Source of the DNA: a virus | Virus record (IMG/VR): IMGVR_UViG_3300000976_000011 | Location: 64,001-128,000 of that record | DNA: 64,000 nucleotides | Direction: 5' to 3' (one strand) | Shown: one piece after another, positions 1 to 8,635 of the stretch | Position numbering within the stretch: the stretch's first letter is position 1 | Layout: each line of letters begins with the position of its first letter | Program-made: the position numbers and the translations under genes | Notes under the pieces: model-generated | What the model was told of the DNA's origin: nothing | What the model saw: the letters and a program-made list of their open reading frames with translations, nothing else | Databases searched by the model: none

Positions 1-101
1 AGATGTAAGCAAAACCGCCTGTCAAAATGTTTTTAAGCCATTAATAGATAAGGAACTCAGTCAAGACATGATTCCTAAAGATAGATTATTTGATATATGA
101 G

Positions 102-165
102 TTTACAATATCAATTTAATGTTTTATAATAACTTATCAGTTAAATAATAGGTAATTAAATTATG
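102..165 (+). promoter_or_regulatory. Early sigma70-type promoter cassette with conserved ATCAGTTAAA leader and RBS
   Basis: TTTACA(102-107)-N17-TATAAT(125-130), then ATCAGTTAAATAATAGG and ATG at 163; same architecture at 8512, 11878, 24072, 29542. Confidence 0.8.
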
Positions 166-339
166 AAATTTACAGATTATGATCTTTGGATAGAAAAATT
201 AAATCAAATTTATGAAGATGGAATTATTTTTCCATTAGAACCTATTGGAAAACATTATTTTATGATAAATAATCGTATTGATAATGTTGTAGCAGAATGG
301 GACATTTATTCTAATATCGGAACAATTACGGGCCTCTAG
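163..339 (+). CDS. Small hypothetical protein (58 aa, MKFTDYDLWIE...), not in ORF track
   Basis: ATG after promoter and RBS; open to TAG 337-339, which overlaps the tRNA 5' end. Confidence 0.6.
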   Translation: MKFTDYDLWIEKLNQIYEDGIIFPLEPIGKHYFMINNRIDNVVAEWDIYSNIGTITGL

Positions 340-404
340 CATAGTAGGTTAATGCACCCGACTCATAATCGGTAGAGTGATAGGTTCGAATCCTTCGGGG
401 CCCA
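330..404 (+). tRNA. tRNA with CAT anticodon, probably Ile2 (lysidine type) rather than Met
   Basis: Acceptor GGGCCTC/GGGGCCC, D-arm GCAT/ATGC, anticodon loop CT-CAT-AA, GGTTCGAATCC T-arm; resembles bacterial ileX; CCA not encoded. Confidence 0.85.
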
Positions 405-414
405 TACTTATACA

Positions 415-451
415 AAAAGTTCGATTGTTATAATTCGAACTTTTATAAATA
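415..451 (+). promoter_or_regulatory. Hairpin followed by late promoter of the GIY-YIG gene
   Basis: AAAAGTTCGA(415-424)/TCGAACTTTT(435-444) inverted repeat; TATAAATA at 444-451. Confidence 0.7.
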
Positions 452-456
452 ATAGT

Positions 457-1107
457 ATGAAAAGAAAATACTATTTAATTTATAAAACCACCAATCTTAT
501 CAATGGTAAAATTTATATAGGATGCCACAAGACCGACGACTTACAAGATTCATATCTGGGCTCTGGAAAAATATTAAATTATGCTATTAAAAAATATGGA
601 AAAGAGAATTTTTCCAGAGAAATTATAGAAATATTTGATAATCCTGATGATATGTTTTCTTTAGAATCAACTTTAGTAAATCAAACGTTTGTGTTGAATG
701 ATAAAAATTATAATATTATGAAAGGCGGCCACGGCGGCTGGGAATTTGTTAATAAAACTAAAAACTTTCATAAGCATAATAAAACTATATCTATTCTTGG
801 CGGCAAGGCCTTTGCTAAAAAATTAAATAATTGTGAAAAAACTAAAGAAGCATTTAAAAATAATTTCATTGAAACTGGTAAGTTAGCATCTAAATTAAAA
901 TATCCCAATGGTCTATTTTATGGTAGAAACCACTCAGATGAAACTAAAGCTCTTATGTCTGAGAAAGCCAAATTAAGAAAGGGAAATAAAAATTCCCAAT
1001 ATGGAACCAGGTGGATTCATAATCTGGACTTGAAAAAGTCCAAGAAGATAAAGAAAGAAGATCAAGTGCCAGAAGGCTGGTTACTTGGTAGAAAATTAAA
1101 GTTTTAA
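457..1107 (+). CDS. Seg-like GIY-YIG homing endonuclease with NUMOD3-like motif
   Basis: YLIYKTTNLINGKIYIG..YLGSG..AIKKYGKENF, YNIMKGGHGG, FYGRNHSDETKALMS; lies between two tRNAs. Confidence 0.9.
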   Translation: MKRKYYLIYKTTNLINGKIYIGCHKTDDLQDSYLGSGKILNYAIKKYGKENFSREIIEIFDNPDDMFSLESTLVNQTFVLNDKNYNIMKGGHGGWEFVNKTKNFHKHNKTISILGGKAFAKKLNNCEKTKEAFKNNFIETGKLASKLKYPNGLFYGRNHSDETKALMSEKAKLRKGNKNSQYGTRWIHNLDLKKSKKIKKEDQVPEGWLLGRKLKF

Positions 1108-1117
1108 TAAAAAATGA

Positions 1118-1195
1118 GTGCTAGTGGCTGAGTGGTCCAAGGCAACAGCTTGCAAACCTGTAAAACCGTCAGTTCGAATCTGACCTAGTACTCCA
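1118..1195 (+). tRNA. tRNA-Cys(GCA)
   Basis: Acceptor GTGCTAG/CTAGTAC, anticodon loop TT-GCA-AA, T-arm GTCAG-TTCGAAT-CTGAC, U73 discriminator, encoded CCA. Confidence 0.9.
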
Positions 1196-1219
1196 ATTTA
1201 ATAATGAGAAATTTATATA

Positions 1220-1690
1220 ATGTTTAATTTTACCGAAAAACAAGAAATTATAGAATATTTACAAAATACCGAAGGCAATGTATATATTGGTTGTGATTCA
1301 GTACGTAAAAAGGCTAGAGATCATATTACTTGGGTAGCTGAATATAGCGTGACTTTTTGCGTGCATATTAATAATGCTAATGGTTGTAAAATTTTTTATT
1401 ATAAGGAAAAAGAACCCATTTTTGGTGATCCAAAGAAACCTGGTCAAAGACTTATGAATGAAGTCTTTAAAACTGTAGAATTGTATAAAGAATTTGAATA
1501 TGAACTTATTGATAGAGATGTTGAAATTCATCTAGACGTTAATCCTTTAGACGAATTTGCTTCTTCTAAGGTTGTAAAACAGGCTAAAGGATATGTATTA
1601 GGAGTAATTGGAATAGATCCACAGTTAAAGCCTGATGCTTATGCCGCAAGTTATGCAGCTGATCATGCCGCAAGGAATAAGAAATTTTAA
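1220..1690 (+). CDS. RNase H-like YkuK-family protein
   Basis: VYIGCDS, RLMNEV, EIHLDVN, KPDAYAASYAADH motifs. Confidence 0.8.
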   Translation: MFNFTEKQEIIEYLQNTEGNVYIGCDSVRKKARDHITWVAEYSVTFCVHINNANGCKIFYYKEKEPIFGDPKKPGQRLMNEVFKTVELYKEFEYELIDRDVEIHLDVNPLDEFASSKVVKQAKGYVLGVIGIDPQLKPDAYAASYAADHAARNKKF

Positions 1691-1691
1691 T

Positions 1692-2321
1692 ATGAAACCT
1701 ATATTACTTAATAATATTTTTAAAGATGATAAAAATTTTAAAGAAGATTATGGTTATTCTAATTGGTTTGAATTTATAGATCAAACGACCCAATGGATAA
1801 ATGTTGGTGCTCCTAGAGACGAATGTTTTATGGCTGCTCCTAAATTTGTTCCTATTGAAATAACTGATAATAGTTCATTTTTAGGAAATCTTCAAACTAA
1901 TGAATGGCCTCTAAAATATTCTTATAGACCTGGAAAATTCTATGAATCTTTAAAAATGTCATTCGCTGTTGAAAATATAATGAGGTATTTAAATAATGTG
2001 ACTAATTGTGAATACGACATTTGTTTCTTAAATAGATATGAAGATGAGACCAAACATTTAGGTTGGCATGCTGATGATAGCCCAGAGATGGACCAAAGTC
2101 ATCCTATAGCTTCAGTATCATTTGGAGCCGAAAGAGAAATTTGGATTAAAGAACAAGACTTTAAAGGAGCCATTCCTGAAGAAAATAAGTATTTACTTTT
2201 AGATGGTTCTTGTTTTATAATGCCACCTGGATTTCAACAGAAATACTATCACAAAATACCTAAGGTAGGTAATAAGTGTGATCCAAGAATCAGTTTAACT
2301 TTTAGGAAATTTAATATATGA
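1692..2321 (+). CDS. AlkB-like 2OG-Fe(II) dioxygenase
   Basis: LNRY..LGWHADD, IASVSFGAER, HKIPK, RISLTFR; start moved to ATG 1692. Confidence 0.9.
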   Translation: MKPILLNNIFKDDKNFKEDYGYSNWFEFIDQTTQWINVGAPRDECFMAAPKFVPIEITDNSSFLGNLQTNEWPLKYSYRPGKFYESLKMSFAVENIMRYLNNVTNCEYDICFLNRYEDETKHLGWHADDSPEMDQSHPIASVSFGAEREIWIKEQDFKGAIPEENKYLLLDGSCFIMPPGFQQKYYHKIPKVGNKCDPRISLTFRKFNI

Positions 2322-2521
2322 ATACATTAACTTTATTTTTAATAGTTTATTTTTCTTTTTCTATTATAGCCACATTTTATTTTATAAGATATTCTTGGGT
2401 TTTATCCAAGAAACAAAATTTTAAAGAATGGTTTAAAGTACAAGATAAAAGCATTTATATAGGTGTTTTCTTTGTGGCTCCATTAATCTCAATATACATA
2501 TTTTTTAAAGGTGATAAATGA
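2318..2521 (+). CDS. Small membrane protein
   Basis: Two hydrophobic segments; ATGA overlaps with neighbours. Confidence 0.55.
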   Translation: MNTLTLFLIVYFSFSIIATFYFIRYSWVLSKKQNFKEWFKVQDKSIYIGVFFVAPLISIYIFFKGDK

Positions 2522-3381
2522 ATAATTTTGAATTTCAACCCGAACTTAAAGTAGATTTTTTAACTTTTAGCGACGGCGCTGAACATGTGCAATTAGATCC
2601 TAATTCTGTTTATACTTCAATGGATCTATATGCGAATTTAAATTCATCTCAAAACATAATGAGATTTTTCTTACTTATTGAAGCTCTTAATGAAGTACAA
2701 AAACAAGATGGTCATGTAGGAAATCTTACAGTTGATATGCCTTATTTACCATATGCAAGACAAGATCGACACTGCGCCCCTGGACAGTCATTTGCTTTAG
2801 ATGTCTTTATGGGACTATTGTCTAGAGCAGTATATAATTGTGAAAACTTAAATATAATTTTTGATGTTGAAGATTTACACAGCGATGTAGCTTTAGAATT
2901 AGCTGAAACTTGGAGCTTACAATTCAATCACCACACCCAACTAGATGCCATCAAGCAAGATGAAGAAGTAAAAGCATTTGTACAAGATTGTGATGTAGTA
3001 ATATCTCCTGATGCTGGTGCTACTAATAAATCAGCTGAGATAGCTAATTATTTAGAAATTTGGCATTTTGCTTCTAGTAAAAAGAGAGATCCAAAAACTG
3101 GATATATCACAAAAACAGATGTCCATTGCTCTCATGCACCAGAGTACGTAAAAGATAAAAATGTTCTTATTTGTGATGATATATGTGACGGTGGAATGAC
3201 TTTCAACCTGCTAGCCGATGAATTGAAAAAGTATGAACCAGCTAGTATAAATTTATTAATCTCACATGGAATTTTTAGCAAAGGAATTGATACATTAAGA
3301 GAAAATTTTGATTCTTTAATGGTTCTTAATTGTATGAATGATGATTTAGAAGATGATGAATTTTTAACGATTATTAGTTAA
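2518..3381 (+). CDS. prs: Ribose-phosphate pyrophosphokinase-like protein (Adps-like, NARP1)
   Basis: FSDGAE, MPYLPYARQDR, DLHS, SPDAGA, ICDDICDGGMTF, HGIFSKG. Confidence 0.9.
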   Translation: MNNFEFQPELKVDFLTFSDGAEHVQLDPNSVYTSMDLYANLNSSQNIMRFFLLIEALNEVQKQDGHVGNLTVDMPYLPYARQDRHCAPGQSFALDVFMGLLSRAVYNCENLNIIFDVEDLHSDVALELAETWSLQFNHHTQLDAIKQDEEVKAFVQDCDVVISPDAGATNKSAEIANYLEIWHFASSKKRDPKTGYITKTDVHCSHAPEYVKDKNVLICDDICDGGMTFNLLADELKKYEPASINLLISHGIFSKGIDTLRENFDSLMVLNCMNDDLEDDEFLTIIS

Positions 3382-3565
3382 TAAAATCAAAGCCTAAATC
3401 TTTAAACGATTGTCCTATACAATCAGTTCCTAAACTTGTTAGATATTTTGATCGATGATAAGATTTATTAGTAACTAGCTTATTTGAATTTTTAACTCGA
3501 TTAAGTTTCTTAACCTGATTTATTATGTTATAATATCTGTCACTAAATTTATTTTTAATTAACAT
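3374..3565 (-). pseudogene. Internally deleted HNH homing endonuclease (N- and C-termini only)
   Basis: MLIKNKFSDRYYNII..KLNRVKNS joined to IGQSFKDLGFDF; both ends match full HNH genes at 16711, 19639, 30480 and 60782; keeps late promoter at 3571-3578. Confidence 0.75.
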
Positions 3566-3582
3566 ATAACTATTTATACAAT

Positions 3583-3768
3583 ATGAAAAAAGTAACAAAG
3601 AAAGAACGTAAACGTCAAGGTAGAAATGCCTTTGTTAGAAACATTTTAGCAAATGGCCGGAGTTTTACATTAGGAAACGAATTGTATGTTAGAGGATTAC
3701 CTCAAACTGGCTCTAAAGGATATATGGTAGAAATGCCTATTGTAAGAGTTTCTTATGGAACATCTTAA
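3583..3768 (+). CDS. Hypothetical basic protein
   Basis: ORF in operon orientation. Confidence 0.5.
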   Translation: MKKVTKKERKRQGRNAFVRNILANGRSFTLGNELYVRGLPQTGSKGYMVEMPIVRVSYGTS

Positions 3769-3937
3769 ATGCTCTGGCAGTATGAAGGCGGCTGCTATAC
3801 AAGTCGCTTGCGATTTCGAAGTTCGTATGAACCAGCCTGGTATAGATTCAAGGTCAGTTACAGATGATGAAGTTCGTATGGCAATTTTGGTAGCTTACAT
3901 TCAAGAATTAGAAGAACAATTAACAAGGAAACACTAA
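3755..3937 (+). CDS. Hypothetical protein
   Basis: ORF coupled (TAATG) to the NAMPT-like gene. Confidence 0.5.
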   Translation: MEHLKCSGSMKAAAIQVACDFEVRMNQPGIDSRSVTDDEVRMAILVAYIQELEEQLTRKH

Positions 3938-5649
3938 TGGAAATTAATTACAAAAATCCTATTTTTCATACAGATTTTTACAAAACAGGCCACCTTAAAC
4001 AGTATCCTGAAGGTACTGAATTTGTCTATTCAAATTTTACTCCTAGATCAGATAAAATTGCTCGAAGAAATGGCGATGTCCTAAAAGATTTCGATGGTAG
4101 AGTAGTAAATTTCGGATTACAAGGCATTATTGTAGAATTTTTAATAGAATCATTTAATGAACACTTTTTCGGTGTGTCTATGATGAAAGCTATTGAAGCT
4201 TATCAATTTGTAATGGATAGCGCATTAGGTCCTAATGTTGTTACTTCAGAACATTTAGAAGAATTGTGGGAATTTGGTAGCTTACCTTTAGAAATTAAAG
4301 CTTTACCTGAAGGTGCAAGAGTACCAGTAGGTGTTCCATTATTTACAATTATTAATACGGATGAAAGATTCTACTGGTTAGTAAATTATTTAGAGACCGT
4401 ATTATCTTCTGAGTTATGGCAATCATGTACTAGTGCTACAATCGCCTATGAATATAAGCGATTATTATCTTATTATGCTAATAAAACTGGCGTTCCTCCT
4501 GAATTCGTTGCTATTCAAGGCCACGATTTTTCTTTTAGAGGATTAAGTTCAAGATTTAGCGCTGTAAAATCAGCCATTGGCCACTTAACAAGTTTTATTG
4601 GAACAGATACTATACCAGCTATTCCATATCTGATGCAATATTATGGAGCAACAAATGATATTATGCCTATTGGTGTAAGTGTTCCTGCTACTGAGCACAG
4701 TGTTATGTGTTTAGGTGGCCAAGAAACTGAAATTGATACTGTCCGTCGACTAATTGTTGATAAGTACAACTCAGGCGTGATATCGGTAGTATCTGATACA
4801 TGGGATTATTGGCAACTTCTTACAAAATTTACGACAGAATTGAAGCCTGAAATTCTAGCTAGAGAAGCCGATGCTAATGGTCTATCTAAAGTAGTTTTTA
4901 GGCCTGATAGTGGAAATCCTGTAGATATTATTTGCGGTTTAGATTTTCAAGACTTTGACAAGCAGATAGAGCTAGGTTTAGTTGATAAACATAGTGTGTA
5001 TATGGATTCCATGGCTATATGTAGTCCTTTATCTGATTATAATGATCAAAACTACTTATCAATAGATGCTGTTAAATATGAAGATAAGTTCTATTCAGTA
5101 GAAAATGGGTCAATACGATGGAAGAAAGAGATTCCATGTCATGTTGTAAAAGGTTCTGTAGAAGTTTTATGGGATATATTTGAAGGAAATGTTAACGATA
5201 AAGGTTATAAAGAATTAAATGATAAAGTTGGCCTAATTTATGGTGATTCTATTACTATTTCTAGAGCTGAAGAAATTCTAAGAAAATTAGAAGCTAAAGG
5301 TTTTGCATCTAGCAATATCGTTTTTGGTATTGGTTCATATACATATCAATATAACACTCGAGATACTTTTGGTTTTGCCATGAAAGCTACTTGGGGAGTT
5401 GTTAATGGAGAAGAAAGAGAAATCTTTAAGGATCCTAAGACTGATGATGGTACTAAAAAATCAGCTAAAGGTCTTTTAAGTGTTGGAACCGATAATGAAT
5501 ATGATGAAACTATTAATTATGTATTAGTAGATCAATGTGAAAAATCAACTGAAGAAATCGGCTACTTAGAAACTATATTTTTAAATGGTAAATTAATTAA
5601 AGAAACTAGTTTACAAGAAGTTCGCGATAGATTAGAATCTAGCAAATAG
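3937..5649 (+). CDS. nadV: Nicotinamide phosphoribosyltransferase-like protein (Namat-like, NARP1)
   Basis: TDFYKTGH..QYP, HDFSFRG, SVPATEHSVM, SVVSDTWD, FRPDSG, IYGDSIT, RDTFGFAMKAT, KDPKTDDGTKKSAKG. Confidence 0.95.
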   Translation: MEINYKNPIFHTDFYKTGHLKQYPEGTEFVYSNFTPRSDKIARRNGDVLKDFDGRVVNFGLQGIIVEFLIESFNEHFFGVSMMKAIEAYQFVMDSALGPNVVTSEHLEELWEFGSLPLEIKALPEGARVPVGVPLFTIINTDERFYWLVNYLETVLSSELWQSCTSATIAYEYKRLLSYYANKTGVPPEFVAIQGHDFSFRGLSSRFSAVKSAIGHLTSFIGTDTIPAIPYLMQYYGATNDIMPIGVSVPATEHSVMCLGGQETEIDTVRRLIVDKYNSGVISVVSDTWDYWQLLTKFTTELKPEILAREADANGLSKVVFRPDSGNPVDIICGLDFQDFDKQIELGLVDKHSVYMDSMAICSPLSDYNDQNYLSIDAVKYEDKFYSVENGSIRWKKEIPCHVVKGSVEVLWDIFEGNVNDKGYKELNDKVGLIYGDSITISRAEEILRKLEAKGFASSNIVFGIGSYTYQYNTRDTFGFAMKATWGVVNGEEREIFKDPKTDDGTKKSAKGLLSVGTDNEYDETINYVLVDQCEKSTEEIGYLETIFLNGKLIKETSLQEVRDRLESSK

Positions 5650-5661
5650 GAGAAAGTAAAA

Positions 5662-6042
5662 ATGAATATTGAAGAATTATGTAAATTAACCGATGAATTA
5701 TTTTGTGAAAATGGTGGTCCTTTATATGAGAGTGATCTAACTCTTGAAAGATTAAGAGCTTCAGCTAAAGCCGATTGGATTCAAAAATATCCTGAAAAGA
5801 TTGAGAAAATAAATGAAAATTACAAAATCTTACAAGAAAATGATGTTGAATTCTTCTTGGAGCACCAATGGGGCGGCGAAGATCAAGGCTCTTCATATGG
5901 AGTAGTTTGGAAAGTAGTTCATGAAGGAACTCCGCATCTTATTATGAAAACAGCATGGTACGCTTCACACTATGGAACTGACGACTGGACGGATGCTAAA
6001 GTAGCTACGCCTAAAGAAGTAACAACAATTGAGTATGAATAA
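5662..6042 (+). CDS. Hypothetical acidic protein, paralogue 1 of 3
   Basis: QWGGEDQGSSYGVVWKV...YASHYG. Confidence 0.75.
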   Translation: MNIEELCKLTDELFCENGGPLYESDLTLERLRASAKADWIQKYPEKIEKINENYKILQENDVEFFLEHQWGGEDQGSSYGVVWKVVHEGTPHLIMKTAWYASHYGTDDWTDAKVATPKEVTTIEYE

Positions 6043-6398
6043 TGAAAGTAGAAAGAATTTTAGAATTAATACAAATAGTATCAGATTTTGATGATTATGA
6101 ATATGAATCTTGGACGATTAAAGATCTTCGTGAATATAGTGAACATTTAGATCATTATGATGTTTCTGAAGAGCAATATAATGAATTAGTCGACGAATTA
6201 GAAAATTTTGGTGCTCATTTAGAGCAAAAAGATCAATGGGGTGGCGAAGATGAGGGCTCCAGTTATGGAGTAGTTTTTAAAGTCGGTCCTTATTTTTTCA
6301 GAGGTGAAAATACTTATGCATCTCACGCCGGTTTAATTGGTGAGTGGGATGTTAAACAAGTATTTGCTAAAGTAGTGGAACAAACAATTTATGAATAG
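6042..6398 (+). CDS. Hypothetical acidic protein, paralogue 2 of 3
   Basis: QWGGEDEGSSYGVVFKV...YASHAG...KQVFA. Confidence 0.75.
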   Translation: MKVERILELIQIVSDFDDYEYESWTIKDLREYSEHLDHYDVSEEQYNELVDELENFGAHLEQKDQWGGEDEGSSYGVVFKVGPYFFRGENTYASHAGLIGEWDVKQVFAKVVEQTIYE

Positions 6399-6762
6399 TC
6401 AAACCGTTGAGTCTAGGATCATTCAGATCCTAGACCTTATAGTAGTTTCTGATGATTTAGCTGAGAATTTAGATAGAGAAAAATGCTTAGAATATTCTGA
6501 ATGGTATGATGCAAAATCTAGATTTATGACTGCCTGGCATATCTGGGCTGATTTTAAAGATTTAGAATTAACTTTAGTTGAATCTAAAGGTGGATATGAA
6601 GAATTAGAAGGAGATTGGCATGCTATTTGGTCAGTTCAGATAGATAATGAAATAGTTTATTTTAAAAAGTCTGCCCAATATTATAGTCATATTGGTTTAG
6701 ATAATATAGGGAAAGCTAAACAAGTATTTGCTACAGAAGTAACTAAATTGGAATTTCACTAA
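6391..6762 (+). CDS. Hypothetical acidic protein, paralogue 3 of 3
   Basis: KGGYEELEG..AIWSV...YYSHIG...KQVFA. Confidence 0.7.
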   Translation: MNSQTVESRIIQILDLIVVSDDLAENLDREKCLEYSEWYDAKSRFMTAWHIWADFKDLELTLVESKGGYEELEGDWHAIWSVQIDNEIVYFKKSAQYYSHIGLDNIGKAKQVFATEVTKLEFH

Positions 6763-6769
6763 TGTTTGA

Positions 6770-6976
6770 AGGAATAAAGAATTAGAAAAAGATGTTGATA
6801 GAGCCAGAACTAGACAAAAAAATAATGGTTATGGCGATGAAACTCTTAGAGAAGATTATGAAATTTACTCTAATGATTCTACAGCAACATTGGAAATAGA
6901 CTATTGCGCAAGATGTCGCACTTGCGATTTCGAATTTTTCTATAAAAAATCAATTAATATGATGGCATCAAAATGA
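6770..6976 (+). pseudogene. Start-less ORF remnant (...ETLREDYEI...YCARCRTCDFEF...)
   Basis: About 68 open codons after TGA 6767-6769 with no usable 5' start; ATG 6762 is out of frame. Confidence 0.45.
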
Positions 6977-7935
6977 TAAATATAAAACTTCCAGTTGAAG
7001 GTAAATTTCTATTAACTGGTTCTAGAGCTTTAGGAACTAGAATTGCTAAAGATATAGATTTCATTTGTCACAGTTCCCAATTATTAGGTGATAACTGGTC
7101 TTTTTCTGATGGTATGTATGCTGCATCAAAAGATAATTATGATGTCATTTTAACAGATAATCATCCATCTTTAGAAAATTTAATTAAATTGTTTGGAAAG
7201 AAGAAAGCTTATAGATCTCCTGAAGTTTTATTTGTATTAAAAGCATCACATATTCATATACCAAGAAGAAATTGGTTTAATGATATTCAAGATTATACAA
7301 TTTTAAAAAATGAATTATATAGAGAATATTTTCATAAACAATCTGGCTTAATTCAAAATAGATTAGGAAGACTTATTATCGATTTCAAAAATGAATTAGA
7401 TAATTTGAATAATACTCATCAGATGAAACTAAATGTAACTAAAGATGAGTTCTTTAATGACGGTGTTGTTAAATTTATAGATCATGATATTTTGCATGAA
7501 ATGTTTGCTCATGAAGACGAACCGATATACAAAAAGACACAAACCGACCAAGCAGAAGTATTCTGTTCAAAAAGTTTGTGGGATCTATTAAGCTATCAAC
7601 AAAAGATCCACATGGTATTGGAGGAGACTTATGTGATCGCTGCTGAAAGATTCGTTATACCTAGAATGGTTTCTGGATATGCTGAAGTAAATTCTTTATA
7701 TGAAAGCGACCATATGCATAAAGGGGCTATCTATTTTAACGGAGATCCAGGTAATTTACATCTACAAACTATTCTTAATGCATTAAAGAAAGTGTGTACT
7801 TCTTTGTCTTCTGGTTATTTTCGTGAGTTCTCTATAAATAATTATTATGAGATATGTAATAATATAGACATGACTTATTTTAGAAGTGTTTGTTCTATAA
7901 TCCACAACGAAGGTAAAATATATGACTCGCTATAA
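6973..7935 (+). CDS. Phage nucleotidyltransferase-like protein (Pol-beta-type N-terminus)
   Basis: LTGSRAL..KDIDF (GS..DxD); C-terminal HDILHE and EETYVIAAER. Confidence 0.65.
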   Translation: MINIKLPVEGKFLLTGSRALGTRIAKDIDFICHSSQLLGDNWSFSDGMYAASKDNYDVILTDNHPSLENLIKLFGKKKAYRSPEVLFVLKASHIHIPRRNWFNDIQDYTILKNELYREYFHKQSGLIQNRLGRLIIDFKNELDNLNNTHQMKLNVTKDEFFNDGVVKFIDHDILHEMFAHEDEPIYKKTQTDQAEVFCSKSLWDLLSYQQKIHMVLEETYVIAAERFVIPRMVSGYAEVNSLYESDHMHKGAIYFNGDPGNLHLQTILNALKKVCTSLSSGYFREFSINNYYEICNNIDMTYFRSVCSIIHNEGKIYDSL

Positions 7936-8434
7936 AATCTTATTAATTCTATTTACTGCCGCAGCATTGTTCTTTGGTTATCTATTAATCGCTGGAGCTG
8001 AAGAAACAGGACCAACTACCGATGAAATTTGTTTAGCTCAAAATATTTATCATGAAGCTAGAGGAGAAAGTGCTTTTGGTCAGCTCATGGTAGCTTTAGT
8101 CACAATCAATCGTTTAAATTCTGATATTGCTCCATTTAATAAATATAAATCTATATGTGATGTAGTATTTGATGGCGGGTATGGACCCACAGGAGCAACT
8201 ACGTGTCAGTTTGCTTGGACCTGCGATTCTATTCCTGACTTTTTACCTAAGCATTACATGAAACAAGTAAAAGAAAATCTATTACCTATTTTAGAAACTT
8301 CTACTTTAGATGATTGTTATCTTTATTATCACGCAGATGATGGCAGAGAAAGAGGATGGATTCAAAGAGGCGGTTTAACAGATCCCTTAAAAGTAGGTAA
8401 TCATCTATTTTATAAGGATCCTTCTTGTAAATAA
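7922..8434 (+). CDS. SleB-like cell wall hydrolase (Hydrolase_2) with N-terminal signal/TM
   Basis: CLAQNIYHEARGE, VTINR, CQFAW, VGNHLFY. Confidence 0.9.
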   Translation: MTRYKILLILFTAAALFFGYLLIAGAEETGPTTDEICLAQNIYHEARGESAFGQLMVALVTINRLNSDIAPFNKYKSICDVVFDGGYGPTGATTCQFAWTCDSIPDFLPKHYMKQVKENLLPILETSTLDDCYLYYHADDGRERGWIQRGGLTDPLKVGNHLFYKDPSCK

Positions 8435-8440
8435 TTTTAT

Positions 8441-8510
8441 GCCTAGTCCTTTGGAAGGAAGCGAGACTCCAAATCTTGCTAACGGGGTTCGATTCCCTGA
8501 CTGGGTGCCA
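8441..8510 (+). tRNA. tRNA-Trp(CCA)-like gene with shortened D-arm
   Basis: Acceptor GCCTAGT/ACTGGGT, anticodon arm CGAGA-CTCCAAA-TCTTG, T-arm CGGGG-TTCGATT-CCCTG, G73, CCA; only 70 nt. Confidence 0.75.
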
Positions 8511-8511
8511 T

Positions 8512-8574
8512 TTTACATTTAACTGATAATGTGATATAATGACTTATCAGTTAAATTAATAGGCTTTAATTATG
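8512..8574 (+). promoter_or_regulatory. Early promoter cassette with inverted repeat around the -10 box
   Basis: TTTACA(8512)-N17-TATAAT(8535); TTTAACTGATAA/TTATCAGTTAAA; AGG RBS, ATG 8572. Confidence 0.8.
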
Positions 8575-8635
8575 AATATACACTTCGCATATCTAGCAAA
8601 ACTCGTGATAAGTTCCGGAATCAAGGAGATTAAAG

